64,000 nucleotides of DNA from Promethearchaeota archaeon (GTDB lineage: Archaea > Asgardarchaeota > Lokiarchaeia > Sigyniarchaeales > SOKP01): contig JAEOUA010000003.1 in the NCBI GenBank assembly GCA_016839555.1, forward strand, positions 384,001-448,000, read 5' to 3'. The translations under genes and the position numbers were made by a program. This document shows positions 20,402 through 30,451 of this stretch, piece by piece (the first letter of the stretch is position 1; the number at the start of each line of letters is the position of its first letter). The notes under the pieces were generated by a model that worked only from the letters and a program-made list of their open reading frames with translations, was not told the origin of the DNA and did no database searches.

Positions 20402-21538
20402 ATGACTGAAAACGTTAAGTTTGGAATAATTGGGACTGGGGGGGTATGGAGATTTCATAAATTAGGCGCTAAGAACCATTCCATTGTTAATTTTGTTTCT
20501 GCTTACGATGTGGATGAAAAAAATTTACAGAAAACGGCCAAATATTCAAAATTAACAACTTACTCTAATTTAAATGAATTCTTAAAAAGCGATATAGATG
20601 CGGTTCTAATTATGGTTCCCCATTATCTTCATAAAGAGCTTGTGATAGCTGCTGCTGAGGTAGGTAAAAATGTAATCTGTGAAAAACCTATGGCGACTAC
20701 ACTTGAGGATTGCGATGAGATGATATCTGCAACAAGGAAAGCAGGGATAAAATTTATGATCGCAGAAAATCATCGCTTTCTTCCCGCTCATCAATATATA
20801 AAAGATATATTGGAACAAGGATATATTGGGGAAGTATTTTTGGGAAGAACCTATGAAGGAGCATATGCTACTCCTCAATTCTTTGATGAAAATTATTGGC
20901 ATTTTACTTTTGATAAAGGTGGGGGTGGCGTGGTAATGGATCAAGGTGTTCATAAGTTTACCATGTTGAATTGGTTTCTTGGGGAAGTTGATTCAGCACA
21001 GTGTTGGCTAAGTAAATCTTTAAACTCACCTCCGAGTAAAGCAGAAGATACAGCAATTGTATTATTACGATATAAAGGAGGAGCGATAATTACCGTTGAT
21101 ATCTCCTCGAGTACCATTCATCCTCTAACAAATAGAACAGAATTACACGGAACAAAAGGAAGTGTACTTGAGGATCATTCTTGGAACGATCCAGTTCAAA
21201 TATTTTCCTCTCATCCTGAAGCAGAAGTAAAAGGTGAATTTTTTAGTCCAAAAATAGAACATGGGCCATTTCCTGAGTACTATAAAATATCCATGGGACA
21301 TGAAGATGCTTATTTTGCTAGGTGTATTTTAGAAGACAAAAAACCTGAATTTACCCCCGAAGAAGCCAGAACAGGAATTGCAGTTGTTCTTTTAGCATAT
21401 CTTTCGGCAAAAAATGGAAGAATTACTTCCATGGACGAATTGATGAAAATTTATAAGACTGAAGGAACAAAAAATATTATTAAAGGAGTTAAGGAAGTAA
21501 TCCAGCAAAATTATGGTGAAATGAATTGGGAAATATAA
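20402..21538 (+). CDS. Gfo/Idh/MocA family oxidoreductase
   Basis: GIIGTG, CEKP, GGGVVMDQGVH. Confidence 0.92.
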   Translation: MTENVKFGIIGTGGVWRFHKLGAKNHSIVNFVSAYDVDEKNLQKTAKYSKLTTYSNLNEFLKSDIDAVLIMVPHYLHKELVIAAAEVGKNVICEKPMATTLEDCDEMISATRKAGIKFMIAENHRFLPAHQYIKDILEQGYIGEVFLGRTYEGAYATPQFFDENYWHFTFDKGGGGVVMDQGVHKFTMLNWFLGEVDSAQCWLSKSLNSPPSKAEDTAIVLLRYKGGAIITVDISSSTIHPLTNRTELHGTKGSVLEDHSWNDPVQIFSSHPEAEVKGEFFSPKIEHGPFPEYYKISMGHEDAYFARCILEDKKPEFTPEEARTGIAVVLLAYLSAKNGRITSMDELMKIYKTEGTKNIIKGVKEVIQQNYGEMNWEI

Positions 21539-21615
21539 TTTCCATTTATATTCTTTTTTTTATACTTTTACTCTTAATGTAACACGAATTTAATAAAATA
21601 AAAAAAAAAAAAACC

Positions 21616-23538
21616 TTAAATTCTCGTAATTTTTACGGAATGAAATCCATTTTCTTTTATTTTTATAAAAAGGAGTTGTTCTTCTTCTTTCTTTGTGATC
21701 TCTCCTTCTGAGATTTCAACATTGAATCCATTTGGATATTGAATTTTAGGTACAAATATAACAGTATAATCGGAAATTGAAGAATTTCCTTCAAAATTAA
21801 AAATAAAAATTCCTTCTTTAAATTTAAACTCCATTTTAAGAGGCTTTCCAGTACAATAAATATATCTGGGTCTACAAAAACCATGAATTGCCCTTCCTCC
21901 ACTGTTGAGATCCCCTGGATCGGTTTGTTGATCTCTGCTAAAAATGGAGAGGTCTTCGAGATTCCACATATCACCCCATTCATTAGTATTATCAAAAGTA
22001 TAATTCCACTGTGTAGAATTTAATAAATTGGCATCCAATGCATTATAATACATGCTTAAAGCTTGAACATGGGTGTTCCATGCTTCTTCAGGATTGTTTT
22101 TAAAAATTTTGTATGCTTCTTTATTGTTAATGTCATAAGCTAGTCCAAATTCTCCTATAATCGTAGGAATACCCCCAAAGTAAATATTGGAGTAATTTTT
22201 TACGGCTTCTAATTGAGATATGAACATTTTTTTTACATTCCCTTTACCAACAACGGGTTTTCCAGTAATAAGGTTATAATTCGCCTTTAGCATTGCTTTT
22301 TTAGTACCCACCGTAGCAACATCAAACCAATGTGCTCCATGTACACTATTGTCCGGACTTTCTATATCCAAGCTTTCTCCCTTTAAAACATTTTCTGAAG
22401 GACCTGTAAAGAAAATCATTGTATCGGGAAAAACATCTCGAATTGCTTCAGAATAATTTTTTATAAAAGGCGATAGATAATCCCTATAAAAATTTACTTT
22501 TTTTCCGTTTTTCATCATGAAATATTCATTTTTTAAGATAATAGGATTATTTTCTTTATCTAATCCCCATATTCCTTCTTTTTTCCAAATATCTTCAACA
22601 CCCTCTAACCAACAGGAGATATTATATTTATTTAGTTCATCTTTACGGGTTTCTTTTATGCCAAATCTCTTAATTTCTTGATATCCTACAGTTCTAGTAT
22701 AGCCTGCTCCCGTTAACATGGCATCAAAGGGGGTAAAAACGTGTCCAAGTACTTCTGATTTTCCTTCCCATTGACTTCCATCCACAAATTTTCCTATCCA
22801 TCCTTCTGAAGGTTCATCTAAAATATCAAATCCAAGCACTTCAGGATAATCTTTAACTCTCAAGGCAACTTGCTTAATCGCTTCAAAAAAATGTTCTTGC
22901 AAATAACTCTGAGCAGAACTTCCATTCACTTTACATGAAGAGGCGAAATCATTACTCGCAAAAAACAATGTCCACATGGTTCCATTTGCAAACCTATAAT
23001 TATTATTCGTCCAATAAAGCGGGGGAAATTTACTGGGGTCTTGAGGATCATATCGATTTTGCATTATAAAAGTAGCTTCTGAAGCCTCAAATTTAGTAAA
23101 ATCCAATCCTACTTTCTCAAATGTCCATCCTGGAGCTCCATCTCCCCCAGTCATTCTGCTCCAAACATCTTGATGGGGATCAATGAAAATATAGAAACCA
23201 TATTCTATAGCTAACTTTATAAATTCTTCGATATAATCTAAATATTCGTTATCATACTTTTTAGGACCCTCATGTTCTATTGCTTCCCAAGTAGTTAATA
23301 TTCTCAAACAATTAAATCCCCAATGCTTTAACCGACTTAAATGATCAGGGGCCTCATTGAGGGGTATGGGACGACCTACAAAAGAAACCTCCTGGTGATC
23401 TCTAAAGTCAGTTTTTATGTGAGTTGCACCATTTGGTTTGAATGGAACTTTAGAACTCCCACTTAAGTTCACGCCTCTTAAGAGAACAGTCCTTCCTTTT
23501 TCATCAATAAACCATTCTTTATCAATTTTTAATTTCAT
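21616..23538 (-). CDS. glycoside hydrolase family 5, endoglycoceramidase-related / steryl-glucosidase-like (GH5_12-like)
   Basis: LRGVNL..SSK.P, TWEAIEH.GP, DPHQDVWSR..GGDGAP.W, acid/base DEP, nucleophile GEFG, WNY, EDLSIFS. Confidence 0.88.
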   Translation of the reverse strand: MKLKIDKEWFIDEKGRTVLLRGVNLSGSSKVPFKPNGATHIKTDFRDHQEVSFVGRPIPLNEAPDHLSRLKHWGFNCLRILTTWEAIEHEGPKKYDNEYLDYIEEFIKLAIEYGFYIFIDPHQDVWSRMTGGDGAPGWTFEKVGLDFTKFEASEATFIMQNRYDPQDPSKFPPLYWTNNNYRFANGTMWTLFFASNDFASSCKVNGSSAQSYLQEHFFEAIKQVALRVKDYPEVLGFDILDEPSEGWIGKFVDGSQWEGKSEVLGHVFTPFDAMLTGAGYTRTVGYQEIKRFGIKETRKDELNKYNISCWLEGVEDIWKKEGIWGLDKENNPIILKNEYFMMKNGKKVNFYRDYLSPFIKNYSEAIRDVFPDTMIFFTGPSENVLKGESLDIESPDNSVHGAHWFDVATVGTKKAMLKANYNLITGKPVVGKGNVKKMFISQLEAVKNYSNIYFGGIPTIIGEFGLAYDINNKEAYKIFKNNPEEAWNTHVQALSMYYNALDANLLNSTQWNYTFDNTNEWGDMWNLEDLSIFSRDQQTDPGDLNSGGRAIHGFCRPRYIYCTGKPLKMEFKFKEGIFIFNFEGNSSISDYTVIFVPKIQYPNGFNVEISEGEITKKEEEQLLFIKIKENGFHSVKITRI

Positions 23539-24008
23539 TTTTGTTATAAGAATTTCCTTAAATCTAAAATTAGAATATGGGTATTTAATATTTTTATCTT
23601 TTTTAAATTTTCAGTATTTAATCAATGATCTATGAAAGTACAATATCTGAAGATCTTTCCGATGAGGCCATTTTAAAAGCCTTAAAGGAGGAAGATTATG
23701 GTCGTTACGTATATGTTTGTGATAATGATCAAGTTTCTTCTCAAGTAACTATTATTTCTTTTTTAATTCGTTCGGGAATTTATCTCGGCTCGGGAACGAA
23801 CTCGTCTTTTATAAAGTCTATCAAATCGGTAATAGTTTCCATGTAACACGTGTATATTACAAGGCTCTATGGAACAGTGTGATATGTAGAAAATATGAAA
23901 AAAGTAAGGTTTTATTACTATTCTAGTATAACCTTATAATATTGATTAAAAAGTTATATAACTATCTTCTAATTATTTTATATACGTAAAATTATTAATT
24001 ATTCGAGT

Positions 24009-24359
24009 GTGAGTCATATGGCTACTCCTGAAGAATTAAAAAAGGAATTAGAAAAATGGGTTAAAATGTTAGATAATCCCGAAATAGCAGCAGAATTTGA
24101 AGGTTATAATAAGACTATGCAGTTCACTTTTCCCGATATCGATTATAAATTAAAATTTATCTTTGAAAATCAAACTGCGCGACTCGAAGAAGGTCTTGAT
24201 ACTAATGCAGCTATGGGCTTAGAAGTAAACTCTGATCTTTTTTTAGGAATTTTAACGGGTGAGGTTGACCCGATGGAAGCTTTTATGGAAGGAGAACTGA
24301 AAACTAAAGGAGACATGAATGCCCTTCAAAAATTAGAAATCTTTATGGAAATTGATTAA
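24009..24359 (+). CDS. SCP2 sterol/lipid-binding domain protein (start possibly ATG 24018)
   Basis: LTGEVDPMEAFMEGELKTKGDM signature. Confidence 0.9.
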   Translation: MSHMATPEELKKELEKWVKMLDNPEIAAEFEGYNKTMQFTFPDIDYKLKFIFENQTARLEEGLDTNAAMGLEVNSDLFLGILTGEVDPMEAFMEGELKTKGDMNALQKLEIFMEID

Positions 24360-24955
24360 GGACTAATTATTTAAATTTCCTATTCTTATTTTTTTTTCTC
24401 TTATTTTATATCGAAACCTTATGATCGTTAAAAATAAGCTAAAATTTTAAAAAAAATGAATGTAATCTTTTCTTATTTTCATATATTTCTAGAAATAAGA
24501 TAATAAAATAAAGAAATATTCTTTAAATTTAAAAAGAGGTTTTAAAAGAAATTTTTGTATAAATTCTTTCCAATAAGCATAAATTTTAATTATCTAACCT
24601 TAAAAGCTCTAAGAGAAACAAAGGAGAAAATAATCGGAAAAAAAAAATTCCAATTTTAAAGTTTTTCGATGATTTTTGTAGAATTAAAATATTATGTTTT
24701 TTATTCATTTAACATGTTTTAGATAAGTTGATATTTTAAAGATATTTTAATCAAATTGTCTTTCTTTTAACTATAAAAAAGGAAATATATCATAAATCTT
24801 AATCAATAATAAGTATGATTCCATTTTTCTGTATTAATATGAGATGAAAAGTGAGAGTTAAATTAAAAATCTTATAGAAAACCACAATTTAGGATGTAAA
24901 CATTTTTTATATAGGAATTTCATATTTAATATAAAAAAGTTTTGTGATTTAAAAA

Positions 24956-25948
24956 ATGACACAACCAAAGCTATATTTAATTAAACAAGGAGAATTGAAG
25001 CATATCAAAAAGCCGGTGTTTTCGACTGGAGATGCATACCTTCTCGACGATGAACATACTATATACGTGTGGATTGGAAGTAAATGTTCCGTGGATGAAA
25101 AAACAAGCGCAGCAGCATTAGCACGTTCATTAGATCAAGAACGAGGCGGTTCTGCGAAAATAATCACTGTGGATCAAGGTCAAGAAACCAAAGAATTTGT
25201 AAAATTAATCGCTACTATGGGCGCAATGAAAATTGTTGAGAAGAATATTGCAAAAACAATGCTTAAAGATGTATATACTGGTGATTTTGCGGGATTCACC
25301 GAGCATAAAAATGTGTTATATAGAGTAAGTTCTGAAGAATTTGAAGATATTAATGCTATGAAAATGATACAAGTCCCTTATTCAGTTGATTCGTTAGATT
25401 CAGAAGATAGTTATGTATTGGATTTAGGAACAAAAGTATATATTTGGCAAGGAAATGCCTCTAATGTGAAAGAAAAAGTTAAGGCAGGACAATGGGCAAG
25501 AGGAATTGATGTTGAACGAGCAGGTGCTCAAAACGAGGTAATTTTTGAAGAAGGTAATGATGCGAAATTTATCGAAGCATTAAAAAAGGGACCAGATTAT
25601 AAAGAATCTGAAGCTGCTCAATTACAAGCAGAATCAGAATTAGAAGAAGAGGAGGAGGAAAAACCAAAAATGGAACCTGAACCTGAAGCAGAAAAAGAAG
25701 AAGTAGAAGAACCAAAGGTTGAAGAAGAAGTAGCGGCAGCAAAAGAAAAAGCTCCCGTAAAAAATGAAGAAGGAGTATTAATCATTGAAAAAAAGGAAGG
25801 GAGGAGAGTATGCCCCAATTGCGGAGAAGAAAATCCTCATATGATCCATGAAAGTACGGATAAAACTAATATAGTCATGGATTATCCGAGAGTGTACGGA
25901 AAAAAGTACAAATGTGGAAGATGTGGCACTGAGTGGAAGGAAAAATAA
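24956..25948 (+). CDS. two-domain gelsolin-like protein with acidic linker and C-terminal Zn ribbon
   Basis: gelsolin repeats FSTGDAYLLD..IYVWIG..CSVDEK and LDSEDSYVLD...VYIWQG..SNVKEK; CPNC...CGRC tail. Confidence 0.9.
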   Translation: MTQPKLYLIKQGELKHIKKPVFSTGDAYLLDDEHTIYVWIGSKCSVDEKTSAAALARSLDQERGGSAKIITVDQGQETKEFVKLIATMGAMKIVEKNIAKTMLKDVYTGDFAGFTEHKNVLYRVSSEEFEDINAMKMIQVPYSVDSLDSEDSYVLDLGTKVYIWQGNASNVKEKVKAGQWARGIDVERAGAQNEVIFEEGNDAKFIEALKKGPDYKESEAAQLQAESELEEEEEEKPKMEPEPEAEKEEVEEPKVEEEVAAAKEKAPVKNEEGVLIIEKKEGRRVCPNCGEENPHMIHESTDKTNIVMDYPRVYGKKYKCGRCGTEWKEK

Positions 25949-26093
25949 AGTTTAATTAAGATTCTTTTTTTTATTTCTTTTTTATTTTGTATTATTTTTC
26001 AAGTGAAGAAATATTCTTCAAAATCATTAATTTTGATTAGATTTTTTAACTTTTTAATAAATTCTTATATAGAAATAAAAACAAAGTGATACT

Positions 26094-27248
26094 ATGAATA
26101 GTTTTGAAAGAATGTGGACAGCTTTAAATTTAGAAGAACCAGACATGATGCCCATTCATACTATAAACATCGATGGAAATGTTGCCGATAAAATTTTAGG
26201 TACTACGGATCGGAGTGCATTTAATGTGATTGATGATTTGGAAGAGAAGTTTCCAGATACATGGGTAGATAAGGTCAATGCTATCCTTGATGATATAGAA
26301 ATTGGCGTATTTGCGAAATGTGTGAGAGCTGGATATGAATTGGGATTTGACGGGGTTGGTGTGCAATATATTCCTTTTATATTTGAGAGCAGAGAAGAAA
26401 TGACTGATATATTTGGAAAAAGACATAAGATTAGAGATATTGATGGTAATCCGTATCCTGATTATTATGGGGGATATATTAAAAATCGTGAAGATTGGGA
26501 GGATTATCCAAAACCCGATTTAGATGAAGAATATAAAAAGGCGAAGAGATTTTATAAAGGAGTATTACGTAAATGCCGAGATATTAAAGATGATATCTGC
26601 ATTGTTGCTCAAAATGCATTAACTTCTGTTTTCCCCCCGGTATGGCAGGGGATGGGGATGGCTAATTTTGCCCGCGCTCTAAAAAACGATCCGAAGCTGA
26701 TCGAGGAACGCTTTCGATTTACGACCGACTACACTCTCAAAACATTTGAAGCCTATAAAGATTGTGGGGCAAAGATTTTTTTGGAAGGTGGTGATATTAG
26801 CCATAGTCACGGTCCAATGATAAATCCAAAATATTTTGATAAATATCTATTACCGCGATATCAAGAGGTGGCCGATCAATTGCATGAATGGGATTGCAAA
26901 TATATCCTTCACACCGATGGCGATATAACTTCCTTATTAGACTTCATCGTGGAATCGAGATTTGATGGGCTCCAATGCTTAGAACCCCCATTTGTTGATC
27001 CATATTTAGTAAAAAAGAAAGTGGGAGATAAAATATGCTTATCTGGCAATATTGATACTCGACACATATTATATGATGCGGAAAAGCAGGAAGTGGAAGA
27101 AGCGGTAAAAGATGCAGTAAAAGCTTTGGGACCGGGTGGGGGTGGCATGCTCTCTCCAGCTAATTTCCATCCGGAGATTGCTGTGAAGAATTTAAAATGG
27201 ATGATAGAAGCCGCTAAGAAATATGGAAAATACCCATTGGAGTTATAA
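26094..27248 (+). CDS. uroporphyrinogen decarboxylase-family (MtaA/CmuA-like) protein
   Basis: PDMMP, GM..F, LHTDG, GNID, GPGGG motifs. Confidence 0.85.
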   Translation: MNSFERMWTALNLEEPDMMPIHTINIDGNVADKILGTTDRSAFNVIDDLEEKFPDTWVDKVNAILDDIEIGVFAKCVRAGYELGFDGVGVQYIPFIFESREEMTDIFGKRHKIRDIDGNPYPDYYGGYIKNREDWEDYPKPDLDEEYKKAKRFYKGVLRKCRDIKDDICIVAQNALTSVFPPVWQGMGMANFARALKNDPKLIEERFRFTTDYTLKTFEAYKDCGAKIFLEGGDISHSHGPMINPKYFDKYLLPRYQEVADQLHEWDCKYILHTDGDITSLLDFIVESRFDGLQCLEPPFVDPYLVKKKVGDKICLSGNIDTRHILYDAEKQEVEEAVKDAVKALGPGGGGMLSPANFHPEIAVKNLKWMIEAAKKYGKYPLEL

Positions 27249-27346
27249 GCTTAAAATTAAAAAATTATTAAATTTTAGCCAAAGACATCAATTATTCAAG
27301 CATAATTTATAATTTTAACGAAAGAATTCAAAAAAGAGGAAAATGT

Positions 27347-28069
27347 ATGACAGAATCTAAAAATAATGTGGAAAAGGAAAAAATGGGTCCTACTTGTTAT
27401 AAATGCAATTCTATTAATTATTGTTCTGTGGGGCGGGCAAGTAAGATTTTAGATAATTGTCCCATGAAAATATTCCCTGAAATAGAGAAGCAAGCTAAAG
27501 AATTATATCAAAAAGATGAGAAAATCAAAAAAACAACAAAAGAAGCTTCTATAGTCGAAGCAGAAGGTTATATAAAATGGCCTCGATTGAAAGACACGGT
27601 GGAGTTTGCCAAAAAAATGAAATTTAAGAAACTCGGGCTTGCTTTTTGTGTTGGACTTATTAAAGAAGCTGAAAGAGTAGCAGAAATTCTGGAAAAATAT
27701 GGATTTAATGTAGTGGGGGTTTGTTGTAAAACAGGGTCTTTGAAAAAAACTGAAATTGGGATTCCCGAAGAATATACAATGATATCCAAAACAGGATATA
27801 CCATAGGATGGATCACCTGCAATCCCGTTGCTCAAGCTTTAATTTTAAATAAAGTGAAAACAGACATGAATATTATATGTGGTCTTTGCGTGGGACATGA
27901 TATTACATTCACCCAGCTTTCTGAAGCACCCGTCACCACTCTAATCGCTAAAGATAGATCGACGATACATAATCCCGCTTCAATATTATTCTCACATTAC
28001 GGGCAAGAATTCTTTAGCAAAGAATTCAAAGAAATGAGAAAAAAAGAATTAGAGTCAAATAAAAAGTAA
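27347..28069 (+). CDS. DUF1847 domain-containing protein
   Basis: GLAFCVGL, VCCK, CNP, GLCVGHD, TTLIAKDR. Confidence 0.85.
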   Translation: MTESKNNVEKEKMGPTCYKCNSINYCSVGRASKILDNCPMKIFPEIEKQAKELYQKDEKIKKTTKEASIVEAEGYIKWPRLKDTVEFAKKMKFKKLGLAFCVGLIKEAERVAEILEKYGFNVVGVCCKTGSLKKTEIGIPEEYTMISKTGYTIGWITCNPVAQALILNKVKTDMNIICGLCVGHDITFTQLSEAPVTTLIAKDRSTIHNPASILFSHYGQEFFSKEFKEMRKKELESNKK

Positions 28070-28121
28070 AGAAAGAAAAAAATATAAGAGGATTATTTTT
28101 TTTTGAAATTTTTTATTAGAT

Positions 28122-29744
28122 CTAAATTACTCTTATAGTTCTTTTAATAATTCCAACGTTTCCAAAATTATCTGTTACTTTAAATTTCACATCGTATATA
28201 CCTGGTTTATTATATGCATGTTTTGTAAGGATAATGTTGCTCGTGTCTCCATCACCAAAATCCCACTCAAAATCTATTGCAATACTTTCTGGACAATAAA
28301 AGACTGTAGGAAAAAAAATAGCAGAATAGCCTACTGGAACTGGATAAGGTAATACTTCAAAAAATCCAGAAGGAGTTTCGATTCCTTCTTTCTTTTCTAT
28401 AAATTGTTGAAGATTTTTTAAATTTCCATCGCTTTCTTTTATTTTTTTTGTTGGAATATTTAAAATTCTCTCTATTATTTCGATATGTGCTTTTGTAGCT
28501 CTTTCAAGTCTATCTGGTGGACATTTTTCAATCGTATCCTCTTTCGTATGATAAAAAATAGATTTACCAATGATCATTATTGATGGAACGTTGGAAAAAA
28601 CTAATGGTCCTAAATCACTAACCGGTAAAGTTTTTGCAGAAACATAAGCAGCGGGTAACATTTTATATTTAAGAATAGCATCCATAACTATAGGAGTTAA
28701 TATAGGATTATCTGTAATAAATAAACCCCGTTTTTCATCCCTACCTGTCTTAACAACTCCTCCATCAGCTTGATTATAATAACCATTAGAAGCTAAGCCA
28801 TCCAGCATAATAAAGGTTGCTATTTTTTCAAGCATATCTTGATGCATTTTAACAAATTTATTTACTCCAATCAGACCTGCTTCATGTCCAGTCCATCCGA
28901 CAAACTTGATAGTCTTATTTATTTTATCTTGTGGAAGGTCCGCAAAATATTTCGCCATAGCAATCATGCCCGCATTGGCAGCAGCATTATCCATCGCTCC
29001 CGTAAATGTTGAATCAGTATGAGTACCCACCAAAATAATATCATCGGTTTCACCCGGAATAGTACCTATAATCATATTACTTGTAGCTTTTTCTGTTTTA
29101 ACGTACTGAATGAGATTTACTTTCAATTTATTATTATTTCTTAAACAAAAGGATTTTAAATACTGTCCATCCTTATTGTTGACAGAAAGAGCAGGTAATC
29201 TTCGCTTCCAACCATACATTGACATATAAAAGATATAAGTTAGTAGATCCAGAGGAGATCCATTAATAAAAATGGCCCCTAATGCTCCATTCTCTTTTGC
29301 TATTTCTAAAGAATTAAATATTCGATCCGTATAAGAAGGATAAAAATTAAGAACCATTTTTCCTTCTACTAAAACGATTTTATTTTCAACCGAAATATTT
29401 TGAAAATCAACCGCCGTCCCATTACCTAAATAAACTAATTCTGCGGTGATCCCCTCAGGTTCAGTGGATCCACTTAACCAAACAGGAAATGATTCAATAA
29501 TCTGATCATTTGAAATAGAGGGGATGTTTTCACTTAAAATCTTAAGCTTATAATCCTCGGCCCACCATCTTCGGAATTTAAATTCTTCCTTTTGAACATC
29601 AGATAAGCCAATATTTTTTAGCTCTTGAAAAATATACTCTTCTGCTTGGAGAGCTGGTTTAGTTCCTGCTCTACGATAACCAAAATCGCATAAATTTTTC
29701 ATATGATTATATATTTCTCGCCCATTTATATCATTAATATTCAT
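28122..29744 (-). CDS. M28 family peptidase with PA domain and C-terminal PKD domain
   Basis: HTDS, GAMDNA, GHE.GL, SD, YHT.ED; WDFGDG PKD motif. Confidence 0.88.
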   Translation of the reverse strand: MNINDINGREIYNHMKNLCDFGYRRAGTKPALQAEEYIFQELKNIGLSDVQKEEFKFRRWWAEDYKLKILSENIPSISNDQIIESFPVWLSGSTEPEGITAELVYLGNGTAVDFQNISVENKIVLVEGKMVLNFYPSYTDRIFNSLEIAKENGALGAIFINGSPLDLLTYIFYMSMYGWKRRLPALSVNNKDGQYLKSFCLRNNNKLKVNLIQYVKTEKATSNMIIGTIPGETDDIILVGTHTDSTFTGAMDNAAANAGMIAMAKYFADLPQDKINKTIKFVGWTGHEAGLIGVNKFVKMHQDMLEKIATFIMLDGLASNGYYNQADGGVVKTGRDEKRGLFITDNPILTPIVMDAILKYKMLPAAYVSAKTLPVSDLGPLVFSNVPSIMIIGKSIFYHTKEDTIEKCPPDRLERATKAHIEIIERILNIPTKKIKESDGNLKNLQQFIEKKEGIETPSGFFEVLPYPVPVGYSAIFFPTVFYCPESIAIDFEWDFGDGDTSNIILTKHAYNKPGIYDVKFKVTDNFGNVGIIKRTIRVI

Positions 29745-29999
29745 AATTAATTCGCCATATAATTTGAATTAAGATTTGATATAAAATGTTACTTTTTCAA
29801 TTTTAGAAAAATTCTCTAGAAAATAGCATCTTTTTCAAATTTAAAGGATACTCTATAGAGGAAAGCATAATAAGAAATTAATAAGAAAGTAGAAAATAAA
29901 AAAAAGTGGAGGATTATTATTTTTTGAAAAATGATAAATTGCAATGATAAATATTGATGGATTTAATCCATTTTCTATTAATCATTTACATTCTATAAC

Positions 30000-30230
30000 C
30001 TACATTTTGGAACCGCATCCAATTATTGTCTGACATTTACTACAGACATATACCTCGAGCTGCTTTTCTTTAATAAGTCCAGCACTTATATAAATGGGTG
30101 TTGTTATACGCATTGAAAAGATATCTTCTGATTTTGCTCTGCCTTTATTATCAAGGAAAACCTTAATCTCATTTTTACAAAAGGGACAGATTACTGTGGG
30201 GGGTAATTTACTTGAAGCCATATTTATCAC
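30000..30230 (-). CDS. small zinc-ribbon protein
   Basis: CPFC ... YVCSKCQTIIG; GGAGTG RBS. Confidence 0.7.
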   Translation of the reverse strand: MINMASSKLPPTVICPFCKNEIKVFLDNKGRAKSEDIFSMRITTPIYISAGLIKEKQLEVYVCSKCQTIIGCGSKM

Positions 30231-30451
30231 TCCTTTTTTTAATTTAAAATAATAATATAAATAACAAAGAAATATTGATAATTTAATAAATTATCTAATG
30301 AAAATTTTGGTATGCAAAGGGAGGTTCTTTAAAATATTTCGTTATTTAGAAAATGCTTCTAGTAAAATTTTTAAAAGAAAATTTAAAAATATTAGAAATT
30401 TATAGTTTTAAAATGATTAATAAGAGAGAATAGAATATATTTCCTTTACGA

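Noticed and set aside
29940-29995. Imperfect hairpin containing ATGA as a SECIS or ncRNA
   Set aside because: ATGA pairs Watson-Crick with TCAT. It is AT-rich and directly after a stop, so most simply a terminator-region hairpin.
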